Counted from the first letter of the stretch, positions 9,824 to 20,306 are shown. The stretch is 64,000 nt of DNA from Alphaproteobacteria bacterium (GCA_963665325.3 CAXXWS020000002.1:128001-192000); one strand, 5' to 3'. Program-made: numbers and translations. The notes: generated from the sequence alone by a model not told the origin.

Positions 9824-11890
9824 ATGACTGACTTGGGAACCCGTTGCAGGGTCGGGATTGATGTCGGCGGCACGTTCACCGACGTCATCCTGACGGACCG
9901 TGCCGGCGGAGCGCTCCATGTCGCCAAGTCGCCCTCCGTGCCCAGCGCTCCTGCCGACGGCTTTTTCGGCGGCGTGGACAAGATGCTGGACCTGTCCGGT
10001 GTCGGGCCGGCGGAAATCGCGACGGTCCTGCACGGCTCGACTATCGTCACCAATGCGATTCTGGAGGGAAAGGGCGCCCGCACCGGCCTGGTCACGACAA
10101 AGGGCTTTCGCCATGTACTGGAAATCGGCCGCGCCGAAATCCCGCGAGCGGCCAACCTCTTCTCCTGGGTCAAGCCGAAACGCCCTGTGCAGGCCCGCTA
10201 CATATTCGAGGCGCCCGGCCGCATCCGCATAGATGGAACGGAGGCGACGCCTCTGGACGAGGCCGCGGTCGAGTCGGCCGCAGAGGCCATCCGTACCGCC
10301 CGCCTCGCTTCGGTCGCGGTGGTCCTGCTGCACTCCTATGCCAACCGGGCGCATGAACGCCGGACGGGCGAGATTCTCCGCTCGCGCCTGCCGGACGTCG
10401 AAATTGCGCTTTCCGTCGATGTCCTGCCCGTCTTCCGGGAATACGAGCGCACTGTGGCGACCGCACTGAACGCCTCGGTGCAGCCGGTGGTCAGGCATTA
10501 TATCGGCCGACTTTCCGCCGGCCTGACGGACCGGGACATCCAGGCGCCGCTCTTGCTGATGAAATCGAACGGCGGCGCCTGCCCGCCGGAGGAAGCGGCC
10601 CGCGGCGCGGTGCACCTTGCGCTTTCGGGCCCCGCTGCCGGCGCGCAGGGCGCTGCCTGGCTGGGGCGAGCTGCCGGAATCGACGACCTGCTGACCATCG
10701 ACATGGGCGGCACCAGCGCCGATGTCGCGCTCATCCGGAACGGCCAGCCCGCCCTCTCGACCGCGGGCAGGATCGGCGAGCACCCGCTCGCATTCCCGAT
10801 GATCGACATTCACACCATCGGCGCCGGCGGCGGATCCGTCGCCACCGTGACCGACCAGGGCGCGATCCGGGTCGGCCCGGAAAGTGCCGGCGCCGATCCG
10901 GGCCCGGCCTGTTACGGCAAGGGCGGCGAGCGCCCGACCGTTTCCGACGCCAATCTCGTGCTCGGCCGTATCCCGCCTGCCCTGCTCGACGGCGAGGTCC
11001 CGCTGGACCCGGCTGCTGCAGAAGCCGCGATTCGCAGGCATGTCGCGGAACCGCTCGGCATCGACCTCGTCTCCGCCGCCCTCGGAATCGTCGATCTGGT
11101 CAACGCCAACATGACCGGGGCGCTGAAGGTGATGTCGGTGGAACGCGGCCTCGACCCGCGCGACTTCTCGCTCGCGGCCTTCGGCGGGGCGGGGCCCGTT
11201 CATGGCGCCGAGCTCATGCGCGAGCTCAAGGCCGCGCGCCTGCTTGTGCCGCGGTTTCCGGGCATTCTCTGCGCCATCGGCCTGTTGACGACGGACCTGC
11301 GCTACGACTTCGCCGTCACCCGCCTGCAACGCGCCGGCGCCTTCGACGCCGCTGCCACGGAGACGGTTTTCGCCGAGTTGACAGATGAGGCCGACCGCTG
11401 TCTCGAAGCCAACGGCGTTCCGCTCGAGCGCCGCCGGTTCCGCCGGTCGGCCGACATGCGCTACGAGAAGCAGGGCGTGGAGTTGACGGTGCCTTGCGGC
11501 GGCCCGGTCACGGAAAGCGCCCTGGACGGCCTGGTCGCAGGCTTCCACGCGCTCCACGAGCGGCTCTACACATTCTCGGACCCCGCAGCGCCAGTCGAGA
11601 TCGTCAACCAGCGGGTCGAGGCTGCCGGCCTGACGGACAAGTTCGACCTGCCGGAATTGTCTGCCGCGCCGACCGAGCGGCCGGAGCCTGCGGGCGAACG
11701 CCTCGCATCGTTCGGCGGCGGCACGCTTCGGGCCACGCCGACTTACCGCCGCGAGGCCCTGCTTGCCGGCCACATGGTCGAGGGGCCCGCCATCGTCGAT
11801 CAGCTCGATGCGACGACCGTTCTGCTCCCCGGCCAGACTGCGCTCGCCGACCGCTTCGGCAACCTGATCGTCTCGGAGGGCAGCCCGTGA
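9824..11890 (+). CDS. Hydantoinase A / oxoprolinase family protein
   Basis: GIDVGGTFTD, REYER, SGPAAG, DMGGTSAD, IGAGGGS, GADPGPACYG. Confidence 0.92.
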   Translation: MTDLGTRCRVGIDVGGTFTDVILTDRAGGALHVAKSPSVPSAPADGFFGGVDKMLDLSGVGPAEIATVLHGSTIVTNAILEGKGARTGLVTTKGFRHVLEIGRAEIPRAANLFSWVKPKRPVQARYIFEAPGRIRIDGTEATPLDEAAVESAAEAIRTARLASVAVVLLHSYANRAHERRTGEILRSRLPDVEIALSVDVLPVFREYERTVATALNASVQPVVRHYIGRLSAGLTDRDIQAPLLLMKSNGGACPPEEAARGAVHLALSGPAAGAQGAAWLGRAAGIDDLLTIDMGGTSADVALIRNGQPALSTAGRIGEHPLAFPMIDIHTIGAGGGSVATVTDQGAIRVGPESAGADPGPACYGKGGERPTVSDANLVLGRIPPALLDGEVPLDPAAAEAAIRRHVAEPLGIDLVSAALGIVDLVNANMTGALKVMSVERGLDPRDFSLAAFGGAGPVHGAELMRELKAARLLVPRFPGILCAIGLLTTDLRYDFAVTRLQRAGAFDAAATETVFAELTDEADRCLEANGVPLERRRFRRSADMRYEKQGVELTVPCGGPVTESALDGLVAGFHALHERLYTFSDPAAPVEIVNQRVEAAGLTDKFDLPELSAAPTERPEPAGERLASFGGGTLRATPTYRREALLAGHMVEGPAIVDQLDATTVLLPGQTALADRFGNLIVSEGSP

Positions 11891-13710
11891 CTTGCGAAAC
11901 GCCTGCCGCGCCCAACCGTTTCACCCTCGAACTCATCAAGGGCGCGCTCAATGCGGCCCGGTCGGAGATGGAGGCGCTGATCGCGCGCGCCGCCATGTCG
12001 CCTTTCATCCGAGAGAAAAAGGACTTCTTCACCGCGTTCCTGAACCGGGACGGCGAACTTGTGGTCTCCACCTCGCTCACGCTGGCGGGCAATCTCGTCG
12101 ATGCGATCCTGGAGGAATATCCGGCCGAGACCATGCGGCCCGGCGACCTCTACTGGTTCAATGACGTTTACGGGACCGGCGGCGCCGTCAGCCATCTGCC
12201 CGACATGGTCTTCGTCATGCCCGTGTTTCACGAGGGCCGGCTGTTCGCCTTCGCGGAGGCCTGGGGCCATCTCTGGGACATCGGCGGCTCGGTTCCAGGT
12301 TCGATCAGCCCGCACGCGATATCCGTCTTTCAGGAGGGCATCATGATTCCTCCGGTGCGGGTGATGCGCGAAGGGGTTGAGAACAGGGAGGTGGTGCGCA
12401 TCTTCACCCGCAATTCGCGCTTCCCGGACATGTTGCGAGGAGACCTCCGGGCGATCATGGCCGCCTGCCGCCTGGGCGCTCGCCGCCTGACCGAAACCGT
12501 CGAACGCCACGGCGTCGACGTGGTGGAAGCCGCGTTCGAGGCGATGCTGGCGGAGACCGAAGGCGCGCTGCGCGCCGAGATCGCTGCGCGCATCCCCGAC
12601 GGCGAATACGCTTTCCGCGACCGCATCGATTCCGATGCGGTGACCGACAGGTCGTATTTCGTGGACCTCGTGCTGCGGAAGGGCGGCGGAGCGCTTGAGA
12701 TGGATTTCTCGGCGTCGGACCGGCAGGCCGACGGGCCGATCAACTTTCTCATGGACGATTCGGTGCCGAAATTCATGCTCGGCCTCTGGATGTGCATGGA
12801 CCGGCCCGGCATCGGCATGAACGGCGGCTTCGAGCGCGCGGTAGAGCGCATCGTCACCCGGCCCGGCACGCTGGTCGCGCCCCGTTTCCCCGCGCCTCTG
12901 GGCCTGCGCTCACACACCATGATCCGGGTGACCAGCGCGCTGTTCGGAACGCTTGCCCGGGCGACCGGCGGGCAGGCTTCGGCGGCGCCCTCCGTTTACG
13001 TGCTCTACTATCTGCGCGGCAGGAACGCCGACGGGACGGAGCCGCTCTGCATCGAGGGCCTCTCGGTCGGCTTCGGCGCCCGCACCTTCGCGGACGGCAT
13101 CGATGCGGTCTACTACGTCGCCCAGGAAAACTACCCGATCGAGTTCGCCGAGATGGAATTCGGCGTCGAAATCGAGGCGTTCGGCATCCACCGGGACAGC
13201 GGCGGAGCCGGGCGCTGGCGCGGCGGCTGCGGCATCGTGCGGGACGTTCGGGTGTTGTCGGACGAAGCCCGCTTCGGCATCAGGCTCGACAATTGCCGCC
13301 AACCGGCCTTCGGGGTCCATGGCGGATTGTCGGGTTCGCCGGGCCGGGTCGTCGTCAATCCCGACGGCACGAATCCGCGGGACATCGCGACGATGGGCGA
13401 CGGCATTCGCCTGGAAAAAGGCGACCTGCTCCGGATTATCACACCCGGCGGCGGAGGCTGGGGCAATCCTGCCGACCGCCCGGCCGAAGACGTGCTGGCC
13501 GATGTGCTGGACGGCTTCGTTTCCGAGGAAGCCGCCGCGGGCGACTACGGCGTCGTGCTGGCCGGCGACTGCGTGGACCTCGAAGCGACCCTAGCCCGCC
13601 GCGCCGCCATGGCGCGGCCTTCCAAGATGTTTCACCGCGGGCGCTACTACGACGCCGACGAGGACCGCCCGGACGCCTTCACCGCATCAGCGACGGCAGG
13701 AAAAGGCTGA
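11887..13710 (+). CDS. Hydantoinase B / oxoprolinase family protein
   Basis: GTG overlapping the upstream stop (GTGA); SPFIREKKDF, HLPD, HLWDIGG, QEG, DSGGAGRWRGG, TPGGGGWG. Confidence 0.92.
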   Translation: MTCETPAAPNRFTLELIKGALNAARSEMEALIARAAMSPFIREKKDFFTAFLNRDGELVVSTSLTLAGNLVDAILEEYPAETMRPGDLYWFNDVYGTGGAVSHLPDMVFVMPVFHEGRLFAFAEAWGHLWDIGGSVPGSISPHAISVFQEGIMIPPVRVMREGVENREVVRIFTRNSRFPDMLRGDLRAIMAACRLGARRLTETVERHGVDVVEAAFEAMLAETEGALRAEIAARIPDGEYAFRDRIDSDAVTDRSYFVDLVLRKGGGALEMDFSASDRQADGPINFLMDDSVPKFMLGLWMCMDRPGIGMNGGFERAVERIVTRPGTLVAPRFPAPLGLRSHTMIRVTSALFGTLARATGGQASAAPSVYVLYYLRGRNADGTEPLCIEGLSVGFGARTFADGIDAVYYVAQENYPIEFAEMEFGVEIEAFGIHRDSGGAGRWRGGCGIVRDVRVLSDEARFGIRLDNCRQPAFGVHGGLSGSPGRVVVNPDGTNPRDIATMGDGIRLEKGDLLRIITPGGGGWGNPADRPAEDVLADVLDGFVSEEAAAGDYGVVLAGDCVDLEATLARRAAMARPSKMFHRGRYYDADEDRPDAFTASATAGKG

Positions 13711-14989
13711 TCTCGGGAATCGCGATCAGCAGCAGCAGCGTCAGGACGTCGATGGCGAGGAACGGCATCACGCCCGCGAACACTTCCTCCAGCTTGAGCG
13801 GGATCGGCGAGGCGCTGCGCACGACATAGACATTGAGCCCGACCGGCGGCGTGATGAGCGAGACCTCGGCGAGCTTGATGGCGATGACGCCGAGCCAGAT
13901 CGGGTCGAAGCCGGCCTTGGTCAGGATCGGATACATGACCGGGAGCGTGATCACCATGATCGCGATCGGGTCGATCAGCATGCCGAGCACGAGATAGATG
14001 GCCGCGAACGCGAACAGGTATGTGTATTTGCCGAGCTCCAGCGCCAGCAATGCGCCGGTGATGTCGTTGACGATGCCTGTATATGTCAGATAGCGCGCGA
14101 AGATGATCCCGCCGATCACGATGATGAAGATCGACGAGGTGGTGACGCCGGCGTCCTTGAAGGTGTCGACGGCGGTGCGCGCGTTGAGGCGGCGTTTGGC
14201 GACCACGATCAGGAACGCGCCGAAAGCGCCGATGGCGCCGGCATAGGTAGGCACGAAGAAGCCCGTATAGATGCCGCCGATGACCAGCACGAACAGGAAG
14301 GCGATGCCCCACACGCCGTAGAGGGAGCGCCAGCGCCGGCCCCAGGAAATCCGGATTTCCGAGGGCGGCGCAAGGTGCGGGAACCGCTTCGCGATAGCGT
14401 AGATGCCGCCCATGTAGAGGGCCGCGGACAAGAGACCCGGCACCAGCCCCGCCACCAGCAGCAGCGCCACCGATTGCTCCGTAAGGATGGCGTAGATGAC
14501 CATCAGGATGCTCGGCGGAATCAGCGAGGCGAGCGTGCCCGAGGCGGCGATGCAGCCGGCGCTGAGCCGCCGGTCGTAGCCGAAGGAGGTCATCTGCGGC
14601 AGCGCCATCTTGGTGAAGACGGCGGCGTTGACCACGGTGGAGCCGCTGGCCGCTCCGAACGCCGCGGAGGCGAGCGTCGTTGCCATGGCGAGCCCGCCGG
14701 GCAGGCGCCCCAGCCAGTTATAGGCGGCGCGGTAGAGGTCCGTCGTCAGCCCCGCCTGGGTTGCGAGCGAGCCCATCAGGATGAACAGCGGAATGACCGC
14801 GAGCGTGAAGGAGTTGGTGGTGCTGAACGGGATGGTCGCAAGCTGCGCCCAGGCGGCGTCCGGCCCGATGGCGAGGAAGGTGCCCCATACGCCGCTGAGG
14901 CCGAGCGCCACGCCGATATGGACGCCCGAGCCCAGCATGGCGGCAAGCGCGATGGCAACAAGAACGCCGACGGTCGCGGGGTCGAGCAC
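13679..14989 (-). CDS. dctM: TRAP transporter large permease (DctM)
   Basis: AVIPLFILMG, LIPPSILMVIY, ITPPVGLNVYV; multi-TM. Confidence 0.92.
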   Translation of the reverse strand: MLDPATVGVLVAIALAAMLGSGVHIGVALGLSGVWGTFLAIGPDAAWAQLATIPFSTTNSFTLAVIPLFILMGSLATQAGLTTDLYRAAYNWLGRLPGGLAMATTLASAAFGAASGSTVVNAAVFTKMALPQMTSFGYDRRLSAGCIAASGTLASLIPPSILMVIYAILTEQSVALLLVAGLVPGLLSAALYMGGIYAIAKRFPHLAPPSEIRISWGRRWRSLYGVWGIAFLFVLVIGGIYTGFFVPTYAGAIGAFGAFLIVVAKRRLNARTAVDTFKDAGVTTSSIFIIVIGGIIFARYLTYTGIVNDITGALLALELGKYTYLFAFAAIYLVLGMLIDPIAIMVITLPVMYPILTKAGFDPIWLGVIAIKLAEVSLITPPVGLNVYVVRSASPIPLKLEEVFAGVMPFLAIDVLTLLLLIAIPEISLFLPSLMR

Positions 14990-14992
14990 GGG

Positions 14993-15598
14993 CTAGCGGT
15001 CCCCCTCTTTGTCGTCGATATCCATCGCCGCCGCGTCCGCCGGGATGGTCTCGATGACGCCGATGTCGCGCTCGATGATTTCCTGGACCGAGAGCGCCTC
15101 GCCGCCCTTGATGAGCCGGTCGAGGTCCACGACCAGGTCGAGCAGCAGTTGCAGGATGAGCAGCGCCGTGCCGGCCGCCAGCACGATGCGCGCCGGCCAG
15201 AGCGGCATCCGCACGAGGCCGAATGTCGCCTCGTCTATCTTGATGCTGAACAGCGCCTCGTTGGTCGCCTGCCAGAGGAGCAGCGAAAAGAACAGCATCG
15301 CCATGAGGCTCGCGAAGATGTCCATCGCCGCCTGCCCGCGCGCGCCTGCCCGCATGTAGAGCAGTTCGACCCGGATGTGGCTGCGCCGGATCTGCGTGTA
15401 GGTCAGCGCGCCGAACACGATGAGCACCATCGTGCTCTCGGTGATTTCGGTGGCGCCCGGCACCGGCACGCCGAACATCTGCGTGCCGACCACGTCGGCC
15501 GTGCCGAGAAACGTCGAAATGATGAGGCCCAGCCCGCCGAACAGGAGGATTCCGAGCGCGACGGGTTCGAGCAGGCGGGTGAGCCTGTTCATCGTCAT
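14993..15598 (-). CDS. dctQ: TRAP transporter small permease (DctQ)
   Basis: Four TM segments, HIRVE motif, lies between dctP and dctM. Confidence 0.88.
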   Translation of the reverse strand: MTMNRLTRLLEPVALGILLFGGLGLIISTFLGTADVVGTQMFGVPVPGATEITESTMVLIVFGALTYTQIRRSHIRVELLYMRAGARGQAAMDIFASLMAMLFFSLLLWQATNEALFSIKIDEATFGLVRMPLWPARIVLAAGTALLILQLLLDLVVDLDRLIKGGEALSVQEIIERDIGVIETIPADAAAMDIDDKEGDR

Positions 15599-15699
15599 GG
15601 CGGGCTAGCCCTCAGGCAACGCGACCGCGGCCCCGGCATGCGCCGGAGCCGCGGCGGTTTCATTTGCCTCGGGAAGAGGCGGCAGGACGGTCGTGGACC

Positions 15700-16722
15700 C
15701 TACATCGCCCACTCGCGCCAGGCCGCGCGGACTTCCTTGGCCTGGTCGCCCAGGCCGCGCTCGGCCATGCTCTCCTCCCAGCCCTTCAGCAGGTCGGGCG
15801 TGGCGTCCATCCACTTGGCCAGTTCGGATGCCGGGAACTCCTTGAAGACGCCGCCGGCCTTCTCGATATTGGCGATGGACGAGGCCGTGCCTGTCTCCAG
15901 CCAGTCGAGATATTCCTGCTGGCTCTTCCTCGCCTGGTCGGCGAAGATTTCCTGCACGTCCGCCGGCAGCTTGTCCCAGGCTCCCTTGCCGATGACGATC
16001 AGGTGGCCCGCGATCGTCATGGCGGTGCCGCAGTTGTATTTGCCGGGCTCGTAAAGGCGCAGGCTCTCGACATTGCCGGCATTCAGGAACGAATAGTCGA
16101 TGGTGCCGCGCTGCAGCGCCTCATAGACTTCGGTCGGCTGCACCGTGACCGGGACCGCGCCGATGGCGGCGTGCATCTTCGGCAGGTCCGCGCCGAAGCT
16201 GCGGATCTTCTTGCCCTTCAGCCCTTCTACGGTGTCGCAGTTCGGGTCCGGGCCGGTCATGTAGTAGGAGCCCAGCGGCTGCTGGAACAGGTACATGACG
16301 TTGAGCTTGTCGAGCTCCTCCTTGAAGATCGGGAACTCCTGGTAGGACTTGTAGAGGATGTTGATCGCTTCCTTCGGCTCGTCGAAGACGAAGGGGATCT
16401 GGCAAGCCTTCCAGAACAGCAGCTGGTCGGGATAGTAGCCCGGCGCGACGGACGCCATGTCGATGGCGCCGCGGCCTGCGAGCGTGGCCACTTCCGGCCC
16501 CTTGCCGAGGCCGCCGGCGAAGGTGATCTCGATCTTCACGCGGCCGTTCGTGCGCTCCGCGATCTTCTCGGCGAAGTTCTTCTCGACCTGCACGAAACCG
16601 CTGTTCGGCAGGTAGTGGCCCCAGCGCAGCTTGATCTCCTCGGCCTGCGCCGCTCCGCCGACCGCCACGGCCGAAGCGGCCAGCACGGCCGATTTCCAGA
16701 GCATCCGGATTCCGTTCTTCAT
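15700..16722 (-). CDS. dctP: TRAP transporter substrate-binding protein (DctP)
   Basis: Signal peptide, ERTNGRVKI, LKGKKIR, EVYEALQRGTID. Confidence 0.9.
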   Translation of the reverse strand: MKNGIRMLWKSAVLAASAVAVGGAAQAEEIKLRWGHYLPNSGFVQVEKNFAEKIAERTNGRVKIEITFAGGLGKGPEVATLAGRGAIDMASVAPGYYPDQLLFWKACQIPFVFDEPKEAINILYKSYQEFPIFKEELDKLNVMYLFQQPLGSYYMTGPDPNCDTVEGLKGKKIRSFGADLPKMHAAIGAVPVTVQPTEVYEALQRGTIDYSFLNAGNVESLRLYEPGKYNCGTAMTIAGHLIVIGKGAWDKLPADVQEIFADQARKSQQEYLDWLETGTASSIANIEKAGGVFKEFPASELAKWMDATPDLLKGWEESMAERGLGDQAKEVRAAWREWAM

Positions 16723-17148
16723 GCTTCTCTCCCTTTCGATGAAGCGTCTCAGGCTGCGGTCCGCCTTCCCTGACCGGGGCAGGCCGCGCGTCCCCTGGAG
16801 GCGAGCCTAGACCGTTCGCCGACCGCGTTCCAGCCTCGCACGGTCCGGCGGAGTTCGGGGACACTCCACCGGCATGTCATGAAATGTCATGTTTCGTCAT
16901 GGTCCGCATGCGGTTACCGAAGCTCTGCCGCTCCATTTCTGCACATCGCTCCTCCGTCGCGCTTCCGTCCCGTCGCTGCTCTGCCGCCGTGCGGTGGGTC
17001 CCCAATTCGCGCGTATCGCATGTGCGCCCGCGCGCCCGTTAGCGCCGGCGCGGTTCGCGCGCCTGATTGCGCGCGCGAGACGGCGGACGCACCTGTCCCG
17101 TCCGTTCCCGCCGGGGTTTTCTTCGGCCCCAGCCGATCTCTGCAGAGA

Positions 17149-17175
17149 GAAAAAGGCGGCCCCACAAGCCGCCTC
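17149..17175 (-). terminator. Probable intrinsic terminator
   Basis: Minus strand aggcggc-ttgtggg-gccgcct followed by a T run, about 120 bp past the peptidase stop. Confidence 0.5.
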
Positions 17176-17295
17176 TTCCTGCACACATCATACCACATTT
17201 TCCTCCAGGTCAAGTCTAATTCGGAAATAAATCCGATTTTGATGAACAAATGTCCGGTTTCGGTCCCGGTCTGCCGACATACCCCCGTCATTGCC

Positions 17296-18357
17296 TCACG
17301 GCGAGACGGCAGCGCCGTCGATCTCGATGCGGATATTGTCGGAGACGAGGTCGATATGGCGGTTGCTCTCTATCGTGCCGCCGTAAATGCCGGCCGCGCG
17401 CCAGCCGATCAGGTGGTTGTCGCCGAGCGCGATATGGGCGGTGCCGAGGCGGAACTTGTTTTCCACATGGCCCACCGGCCGGGCGTGCGGATTGGTTCCC
17501 AGGCCGAGCTCGGCGAGCAGCCTGGCATTGCCGTCCGCGGCGTCGAGCACTGCCTCCAGCCGCCGGGCGGCCGCGCCGCCGGAGAGGCCGACCAGCCGGC
17601 CGGCGGCGAACTCCAGCCGGATCGGGTCCTCCAGCAGGCCGAGCTGCGGGCCGGCGTCGGCCAGATAGACGACCTGCCCGAAGGCATCGGCCACGAAGAC
17701 GCCCTCGGCGCTGCCTTCTTCCGGCGACAGCATGGCCTCGCCGCTCGGGAAGGAGCCGAAGCCGGTATCTTCCTCCGCGAAGCCGGTGAGCGGCAGGCAG
17801 GGGCGGCAGACGCGAACGGTGAGGTCGGTTCCGTTCGGTGAGGTAACGCGCACGGAAGGCGCCGCCGACACCGCTCCGGCCAGCCGGCGCGTGCGGTCCC
17901 GCAGCTCCAACGGATCGGCGAGCGCCGCGCCGCGCACGAAATCCTCCAGCGGCGCGTTGTTGATGAGCACCTGCCTGCGTCCGGCGGCGAAGAGCGCGCG
18001 GCTCAGATCGTCATAGGCGCGGGGAAAGCGGATGGAGGTCGCCACGATCGTGAGGCCGGCGCGCTCGACGGCGGCAATCACCGGCGCAGGGTGGCGGTAG
18101 TCGGCCATGTCGTCCGGGCAGGCGATGACGGCAGCCGTTGCCGTGCCCGCGCCGGCCGCATCGGCTGCCGCCAGCAGCGCATCCGCGAGACCCGCCTCCT
18201 GATCCGAACTGGTGACCACCAGCACGTCTTCGCCGGGGCGGACATTGCCGCTCGCCAGGTTCGCGGCCGCGCGGCGCAATTCGTGGGAAGGGAAGACGGG
18301 CAAGGGCCTGGCTCCGGCAGGGTGAGAGGCCGCCAACCGTAGGGGCTCGCCGAACAT
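17296..18357 (-). CDS. M29-like metallo-aminopeptidase / NicX-like protein
   Basis: VRVTSPNGTDL, FPSGEA, AELGLGTNP, GTAHIALGDN, HIDLV; start at MFGEP assumed. Confidence 0.75.
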   Translation of the reverse strand: MFGEPLRLAASHPAGARPLPVFPSHELRRAAANLASGNVRPGEDVLVVTSSDQEAGLADALLAAADAAGAGTATAAVIACPDDMADYRHPAPVIAAVERAGLTIVATSIRFPRAYDDLSRALFAAGRRQVLINNAPLEDFVRGAALADPLELRDRTRRLAGAVSAAPSVRVTSPNGTDLTVRVCRPCLPLTGFAEEDTGFGSFPSGEAMLSPEEGSAEGVFVADAFGQVVYLADAGPQLGLLEDPIRLEFAAGRLVGLSGGAAARRLEAVLDAADGNARLLAELGLGTNPHARPVGHVENKFRLGTAHIALGDNHLIGWRAAGIYGGTIESNRHIDLVSDNIRIEIDGAAVSP

Positions 18358-18437
18358 GCGGCAATTGCCGCCCTTCGGCCCGGGGGTCGAGAAATGCAGG
18401 CAGGTCGGGCCGCCGATGCTGGTACATTGGCCGTCAG

Positions 18438-18781
18438 CTAGCCCGCATTTCTCACCAGGGTCATGGTCTGCGCGGCGCTGTCGGGCCGGCAGGGTAGGAG
18501 AGACTCGCAGCGCATCGTGCGTTGACGCGCGTGGGCGCACGGAGCGGGGCATCGGGCAAGCGGCTCGACGCACCCTGCCGGCCCGACAGCGCCGCCCTTC
18601 GGGTCGCGCCCAGGCGTCCGCCCGCGGCGGCGTAAACGCCGCCATCCATACAAACTGCCGCGTTGCGCGCGGCGTCGCGGGCCTCAACCGTAGGCTGTGC
18701 TACGCTTTTCGGCCCGCTCCTTGCGGAGCGAACGCCTAGACAACGACGCAGGCCGTGACCATGGTGAGAAATGCGGGCTAG
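18438..18781. mobile_element. MITE (344 bp) with 35-bp terminal inverted repeats
   Basis: ctagcccgcatttctcaccagggtcatggtctgcg matches the reverse complement of the right end at 32/35 positions; CTAG at both tips; no transposase. Confidence 0.8.
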
Positions 18782-18787
18782 AACGCC

Positions 18788-19306
18788 ATGCCGGAGCGCG
18801 CCATGCACGACCGCCACCGCCTCGTTCCCGACGATTTCGACGTTCCCGACGTTCTCGAGCATCCGCAGTTCCGCCTACGGATGCTGTCGGTCAACGATCT
18901 CATCAAGGACTACGATGCCGCGATGTCGAGCGTCGAGCACCTGCGCGCGACCTACAGCCCGGAAAGCGGCGGCTCATGGCCCGAAGGGCTCACCATCGAG
19001 GACGACCTCGTCGATCTCGGCTGGCACCAGCACGAGTTCAGGCACCGCTCCTCCTTCGCCTACACCGTGATGACGCCCGGCGAAGACCGGTGCCTTGGCT
19101 GCGTCTACATCAAGCCCACCCGAAAGCGCGGCCACGACTGCAAGGTCATGATGTGGGTGCGCGCCGATGCCCTAGCTAGCGGCCTCGACGAGGAGCTCTA
19201 CCGGACCGTTCGCACCTGGATCGCCGACATCTGGCCCTTCGCCAATCCGGCCTTCCCCGGCCGCGCCGTCTCCTTCGAGGCATGGCGCGCATTGCCGAGC
19301 GAGTGA
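18788..19306 (+). CDS. GNAT family N-acetyltransferase-like protein
   Basis: DYDAAMSS, DLVDLGWHQHEF..RSSFAYTV..CLGCVYI, WVRA, WPF..PAFPGR. Confidence 0.7.
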   Translation: MPERAMHDRHRLVPDDFDVPDVLEHPQFRLRMLSVNDLIKDYDAAMSSVEHLRATYSPESGGSWPEGLTIEDDLVDLGWHQHEFRHRSSFAYTVMTPGEDRCLGCVYIKPTRKRGHDCKVMMWVRADALASGLDEELYRTVRTWIADIWPFANPAFPGRAVSFEAWRALPSE

Positions 19307-19376
19307 GCGCCCGGCCGCAATGAACCGGACTGCGCGGACCATGACATTGCCGGGAAACGCAGGCTACTCTTCTGTC

Positions 19377-20306
19377 ATGGCCAGCGAAAAGATCGTCCTT
19401 TACGAAAACCTGCGCGCCTGCAGCTACACGCCGTTCTACCTGGCGCAGTTGACCGGGCTCTTCGAAGCGGAGGGGCTGGAGGTCGATCTCCGGCTCTCGC
19501 CCTCGCCGCCGGAGACGGCCCAGGGGCTGATCGAGGGGCGTGCGGATGTCTCCTTCGGCGGGCCGATGCGGGTCGCCATGCACCACGATGCCGCCCATGC
19601 GCGCGGGGAGACGAGCCCGCTGGTCTGTTTTGCGCAGGTTGTGGCCCGCGACCCGTTCATTCTGGTCGGCCGCACGCCCAACCCGCATTTCCGGTTCGAA
19701 GACCTGGTCGGCCCGCGCGTCGGCGTCGCGACCGATGTTCCGACGCCGTGGATGACGCTTTATGACGACCTCGACCGCGCCGGCATCGACCCCGCCGCCC
19801 TGACCCGCGCGCCCGACGCCTCCATGGCAGAGAACGCCGAGGCGCTGAAGCGGGGCGAGATCGATGTGGTGCAGCTGTTCGAGCCCCATGCCGAAGGGCT
19901 GGTCTCCGGCGGGCACGGGCATGTGTGGCATCGCTTCTCGGTGCGCGGCGACATCGCCTTCACCACCTTCTACACGACCCGGCGTTTCGCCGCCGGGCGC
20001 CGAGGCGCCTGCATGGCGCTGACCCGCGCCATCGCCGCAGCGCTGGCGCTTATCCATGAGACGGACCCCGCCGAAACCGCCGCCATTGTCGGTCCGGCGT
20101 TCTTCCCCGACCTGCCGCCAGAGGGCTTCGCGCGCATCGTGGCGCACTATCGCGAGGCCGGTATCTGGCCGCGCACCACCGCGCTGCCGGCCGCCGCCTA
20201 TGCCCGCCTCAAGGCGGCCCTGCTGGCGGGCGGGCTGATCGCTTACGACGTGCCCTATGACGACGCCGTCGATGCCGCATTGTCGGAACCCGGAGCGGCG
20301 CCGTGA
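19377..20306 (+). CDS. NMT1/THI5-like substrate-binding protein (no evident signal peptide)
   Basis: YENLRACSYTPFYLA, GGPMR, RDPFILVGR, FEP. Confidence 0.75.
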   Translation: MASEKIVLYENLRACSYTPFYLAQLTGLFEAEGLEVDLRLSPSPPETAQGLIEGRADVSFGGPMRVAMHHDAAHARGETSPLVCFAQVVARDPFILVGRTPNPHFRFEDLVGPRVGVATDVPTPWMTLYDDLDRAGIDPAALTRAPDASMAENAEALKRGEIDVVQLFEPHAEGLVSGGHGHVWHRFSVRGDIAFTTFYTTRRFAAGRRGACMALTRAIAAALALIHETDPAETAAIVGPAFFPDLPPEGFARIVAHYREAGIWPRTTALPAAAYARLKAALLAGGLIAYDVPYDDAVDAALSEPGAAP

